From the human T2T-CHM13v2.0 reference genome, Homo sapiens, in NCBI RefSeq assembly GCF_009914755.1, contig NC_060927.1: 64,000 nt of DNA. The stretch is one strand, 5' to 3'. Under the pieces are notes generated by a model. The model was not told where the DNA came from and made no database searches. It saw nothing but the letters and a program-made list of their open reading frames with translations. A program made the position numbers and the translations under genes. Within the stretch, counting starts at the first letter, position 1. Each line of letters starts with the position of its first letter. This document shows, piece by piece, positions 59,723 through 64,000 of this stretch.

Positions 59723-60709
59723 TGACAAAGAACTGAGACTGAGGTTAAGTTAGAATGAAGTAGTATAAGGAACAGTCTACTGCCATGACCCTATTAAAAG
59801 ACAGGGAGGACCATCCCAACACAGAAACTGGGAGGGTGGAGAGGAAAGGCTCATTTTGGTAGACGTTTCTAAGACAGAATCAATGAGACCTACAAAACCA
59901 AGAATATGAGCAATAAGAGAAGAAAAAAAGAATATAATATGATAACTTCTGTCCCAGGGCAATAAGGACCAAGACCAAGCACACGGGAAAGTGAGCAGGT
60001 TTGGGAGGGGAAGAGTGTGTAACTAGTTCAGTTTTAGATGCATTGCCTGCTGCATTCTACGGAGCACCTCGTAAAAAGGCCCCGCAGGCTGGAAGAAATA
60101 TTAGACTGATTCTAAAAAGCCAAGGCCTAGAGTGGGACACAGAATAGTTTTCACGAGTACTTATGCAATCTTGACAAAGTAAATATTTCCGTAAAACTTC
60201 AACCTATGGGAACAATAGCAAAGACATGCACTTTAAACATTTTGTTCTATTTCCATCTATTCCACACTGCACATTAATGACTCTAACTGCCTTGCTTCAC
60301 CAGCAGGACACAGGGATCCTGTCCCAGCACTACCAGTTATATAAATTGCATGGCCTGGAACAAATCACTGGACTTGCTGGGCTTCAATTTCCTAATTAGT
60401 AAAAGGACAGGGCTGAATTAGAATTAGATACTACCATGTGGCCCTCCACTTTGAAGATTCTGAGGAGAAATTCTATAATTTATAATCATATCTATCATTT
60501 AAATATACATTAAATATATAAAATTATATATTTATAATTCATACTCTATGTTCCTGAGATTATATTATTCAGAAAATATAGATTCCCAAAATTAGATACA
60601 TATATTTCCTTTTGTCTTAAATTTAGCCATTAAAGACACACACATGTTGTTTAGTTCTGAATACCAATTTGGTTCTGTTTTTCCTTTGCAGTATTAAAGT
60701 AAGGGGTTG

Positions 60710-61228
60710 CCCAAAGGATTATAAATCATGCTGCTATAAAGACACATGCACACGTATGTTTACTGAGGCACTATTCACAATAGCAAAGACTTGGAACCAA
60801 CCCAAATGCCCATCAATGATAGACTGGATTAAGAAAATGTGGCACATACACATCATGGAATACTATGCAGCCATAAAAAAGGATGAGTTCATGTCCCTTG
60901 TAGGGACACGGATGAAGGTGGAAATCATCATTCTGAACAAATTATCGCAAGGACAGAAAACCAAATGCTGCATGTTCTCACTCATAGGTGGGAAATGAAC
61001 AATGAGAACACTTGGACACAGGGTGGGGAACATCACACACCGAGGCCTGTCGTGGGGTGGGGGGAGTGGGGAGGGATAGCATTAGGAGATATACCTAATG
61101 TAAATGACAAGTTAATGGGTGCAGCACACCAACATGGCACATGTATACATATGTAACAAACCTGCATGTTGTACACATGTACACTAGAACTTAAAGTATA
61201 ATAAAAACAAACAAATAAATAAATAAAT
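60710..61228 (+). mobile_element. 5'-truncated L1PA (about L1PA4-6): ORF2 C-terminus, 3'UTR and tail
   Basis: Translation PKDYKSCCYKDTCTRMF...KTWNQPKCPSMIDWIKKMWH...MEYYAAIKKDEFMS...MFSLIGG is the L1 ORF2p C-terminus; G-rich 3'UTR; acttaaagtataataaaa. Confidence 0.96.
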
Positions 61229-61387
61229 ACATTAGTGTAAATTCAAAACAAATTAAAAAAAATAAACCAAGCGGTTGCGAACTCTAAAGTCTGTTGGAAC
61301 AAAGGGCCATGCTAATGAGCAAAACAGCCCAGAGGAGAAAGGCAAGCCCTAGGCCATGCCCCAGCTAAGGGGGCACCCCAGCCATGA

Positions 61388-61796
<409 letters not shown>

Positions 61797-62085
61797 TGAT
61801 ATTTAAATGCTGGCAATGGATCAAATTATTTTAATGTATTTTACAGACCAAACACAACAGGTCTGAGATTGCCAGCTTGTCTCATGCCCTAAAGTATGCC
61901 ATCCTTCTATGGTTTATGAACCTGAAAACCATAAAACATGGATTAAAAGTAAGAAAGAAGTCCTCTGAAGTCCCTAAGATACTTCTAACCACTGCTTTCA
62001 GTCTAAGCAAGTTTGACCAACAATACCAGCATGGCCCTTGAAGCAGCCTTCATATTAAGGGCCTATAAAGAAATCTCCTACAAAT

Positions 62086-62087
<2 letters not shown>

Positions 62088-62116
<29 letters not shown>

Positions 62117-62278
62117 CACTATTTTAGAGGTGGGTCTCACTATGTTGTCCAGGCTGAAGTGCAGTGGCTATTCACAGGCATGCTCATAGCACACTGCAGC
62201 ACTGAACTGCCAAAGCAATCTTCCCACCTCCTCCCCACAAGAAGCTAGGACTATAGGGCATGTGTCACCATATCTGGC
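62088..62278 (-). mobile_element. FAM-like monomer with (TTA)n tail
   Basis: gtggctattcacaggcatgctcatagcacactgcagc. Confidence 0.78.
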
Positions 62279-62856
62279 TCAAAATGGCATTATTTTGTAT
62301 GAAACATCTGTGGGATTTGAATGGAGAAGAGAACGCCTGATGAATGTATTCTTTGTATACCAAATATACAGTGGACTTTAACACTTAGTGATAAAAATGT
62401 AATGATTTACATTCTGCTGACAGCATCCATATAGCCCTCAGTGTATTCAAAACAGAAAAATACTTTATTTGGCGTGCATATTACTCTCTTTCTTGCTTTC
62501 AAGTAGAAAGAAAAAGCCACCAAATTTCTCTTTTCGTTATACCATTTTTTACATGAAATATTAAAGAATCTGGCACGCATTAGCAGGAAGAGGCCAAGCA
62601 TATCTGGACTATGCCATTACCCTCTTCTTCAAAGCACTATGAAATGTAATCTTTGGTCACCAGATCACCTTAAGATCAGTGCTGCAGTGCAAATAAAGGC
62701 ATTGCTAATAAAAAACAGTCTGCATTTGGAAGAGTTGTCCTGTACATACCCAATGGGGACTCAATGGGCAAGAAATCCCAAAGAAAATCATAAAAGAGGC
62801 TCGGATGAAAAACAACAGTCCAATAATCATCGTAATAAAGCTCCCAATGATGGCCA

Positions 62857-62887
62857 AAACAACAACAACAATAATAACAACAACAAA
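62857..62887. repeat. (CAA)n/(TAA)n trinucleotide repeat
   Basis: Direct reading. Confidence 0.9.
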
Positions 62888-63364
62888 CTCCTGGTGACAA
62901 CTTGAATTTCATGCTTATTCTGTGATGGCAGAGCTGATGGCATCCTGGCTCTCAGAACAAAATCTGCAATAGATTCTTCAAGAGATGTGTTGTGAAAAAA
63001 TAGAAGGAAGGAAGGGAGAGTTTGGAGCTAGGTACTTTGGCACAGGATTTCAGTTTACATAAGCAGAATGCAATAAAATCTTCCTCGTCTAAATGATCTA
63101 CTTGAGAACAGCTTTCTCATCATGCTTACTGGTTGGATGTATTAGGTGGGTAAATATTTTTTTAAAGCAAACTCCTAAATCCCACCAGGAGTTGGGGAAA
63201 GGGAAGAAAAGAAAGGGTGTCAGAGTTGGGAGAGATGGACTATGACAGACTTTATGGTACAGAAAGGTCAAATGAACTCCGGATGAACTGGTTTACTGCA
63301 GAATGAGATAATAATCCAAACTATAAGAGAAATAGTTGGAGGAAGTCATTAGAAAGAGAAATGT

Positions 63365-63525
63365 GTACCAGGCACAGCATTATACTCTTCTTATCTCCAT
63401 TGAACAGATGAGGAAACTAAGGCCCAGCAAGGTAACTAGTCCCAATTCATATAGCTAATACATGGCAAAGCTTAAAGTTGAACTGCACTGCCCATTCTAG
63501 AATCCAAGGTCTTAACCACCATGTT
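63365..63525 (-). mobile_element. MIR SINE
   Basis: acagatgaggaaactaaggcccagcaaggtaact...atagctaatacatggcaaagc. Confidence 0.8.
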
Positions 63526-63862
63526 ACACGGTCTCCCTAAGATTGAGACCACAGGGCCATACTGAACAAAAGCAAGTAAAGACAGAACCAGATGTGAGAA
63601 GAGAAAAGATACCTTCAGAAATGCTTGTGAAGGGAATCATTTGAGGCTGACTTTGATGGATCAATGAGGGAAATGGCTGGGAGGGAGGAGGTGACAGCCT
63701 TGTTGTTATTCCAAAGAGGGGAATGAGGCAGACTCACTGTACTCAATGAAGCAGCCTTCTTGGCTGCAACAGAAACGTCACTTGCAAGAGAACTGCATTG
63801 TGTATAAATATGTACCCACAAATTATGAAATCTGACCACCAATCAATTTCTTAACTTTTGGG

Positions 63863-63864
<2 letters not shown>

Positions 63865-63904
<40 letters not shown>
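63865..63904. repeat. (GT)20 microsatellite forming the tail of the adjacent Alu
   Basis: Direct reading. Confidence 0.95.
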
Positions 63905-63906
<2 letters not shown>

Positions 63907-64000
63907 GACAGTCTCCTTCCATTGTCCAGGCTGGAATGCAGTGGCACGATCTCCACTCACTGCAACCTCCGCCTCCTGGGTTCAAGAGATTATTGTGCCT
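63905..64000 (-). mobile_element. Alu, cut by the window end
   Basis: ccaggctggaatgcagtggcacgatctc...ctgcaacctccgcctcc. Confidence 0.93.

Noticed and set aside
60669-60998. ORF with clear protein homology
   Set aside because: It is the C-terminus of L1 ORF2p in a 5'-truncated, inactive insertion.

Overview
Primate (very likely human) intronic DNA: AT-rich, with about 37 Alu/7SL-derived SINEs plus MIR, L2, L1, MaLR LTRs and hAT/Tigger DNA-transposon relics. I find no credible protein-coding CDS; the long ORFs are mostly Alu, L1 or L2 artefacts. The one securely placed gene element is a 61-nt minus-strand exon at 36282-36342. From memory it is the last non-coding 5'UTR exon of FOXP1, so the window would lie in the large 5' introns of FOXP1. 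That exon sits in a ~12.5-kb Alu-free island (35.0-47.5 kb). The island also holds candidate alternative first exons (donors at 42336 and 41137), a forkhead/octamer/GC-box promoter-like cluster, a junction-spanning 10-codon uORF, a recursive-splice-like donor 1 nt inside the exon, and a possible convergent antisense terminal exon. These 5'-leader elements are the best candidates for an under-described regulatory system. They are hypotheses from sequence motifs only. Repeat subfamily calls and boundaries are by eye and approximate.
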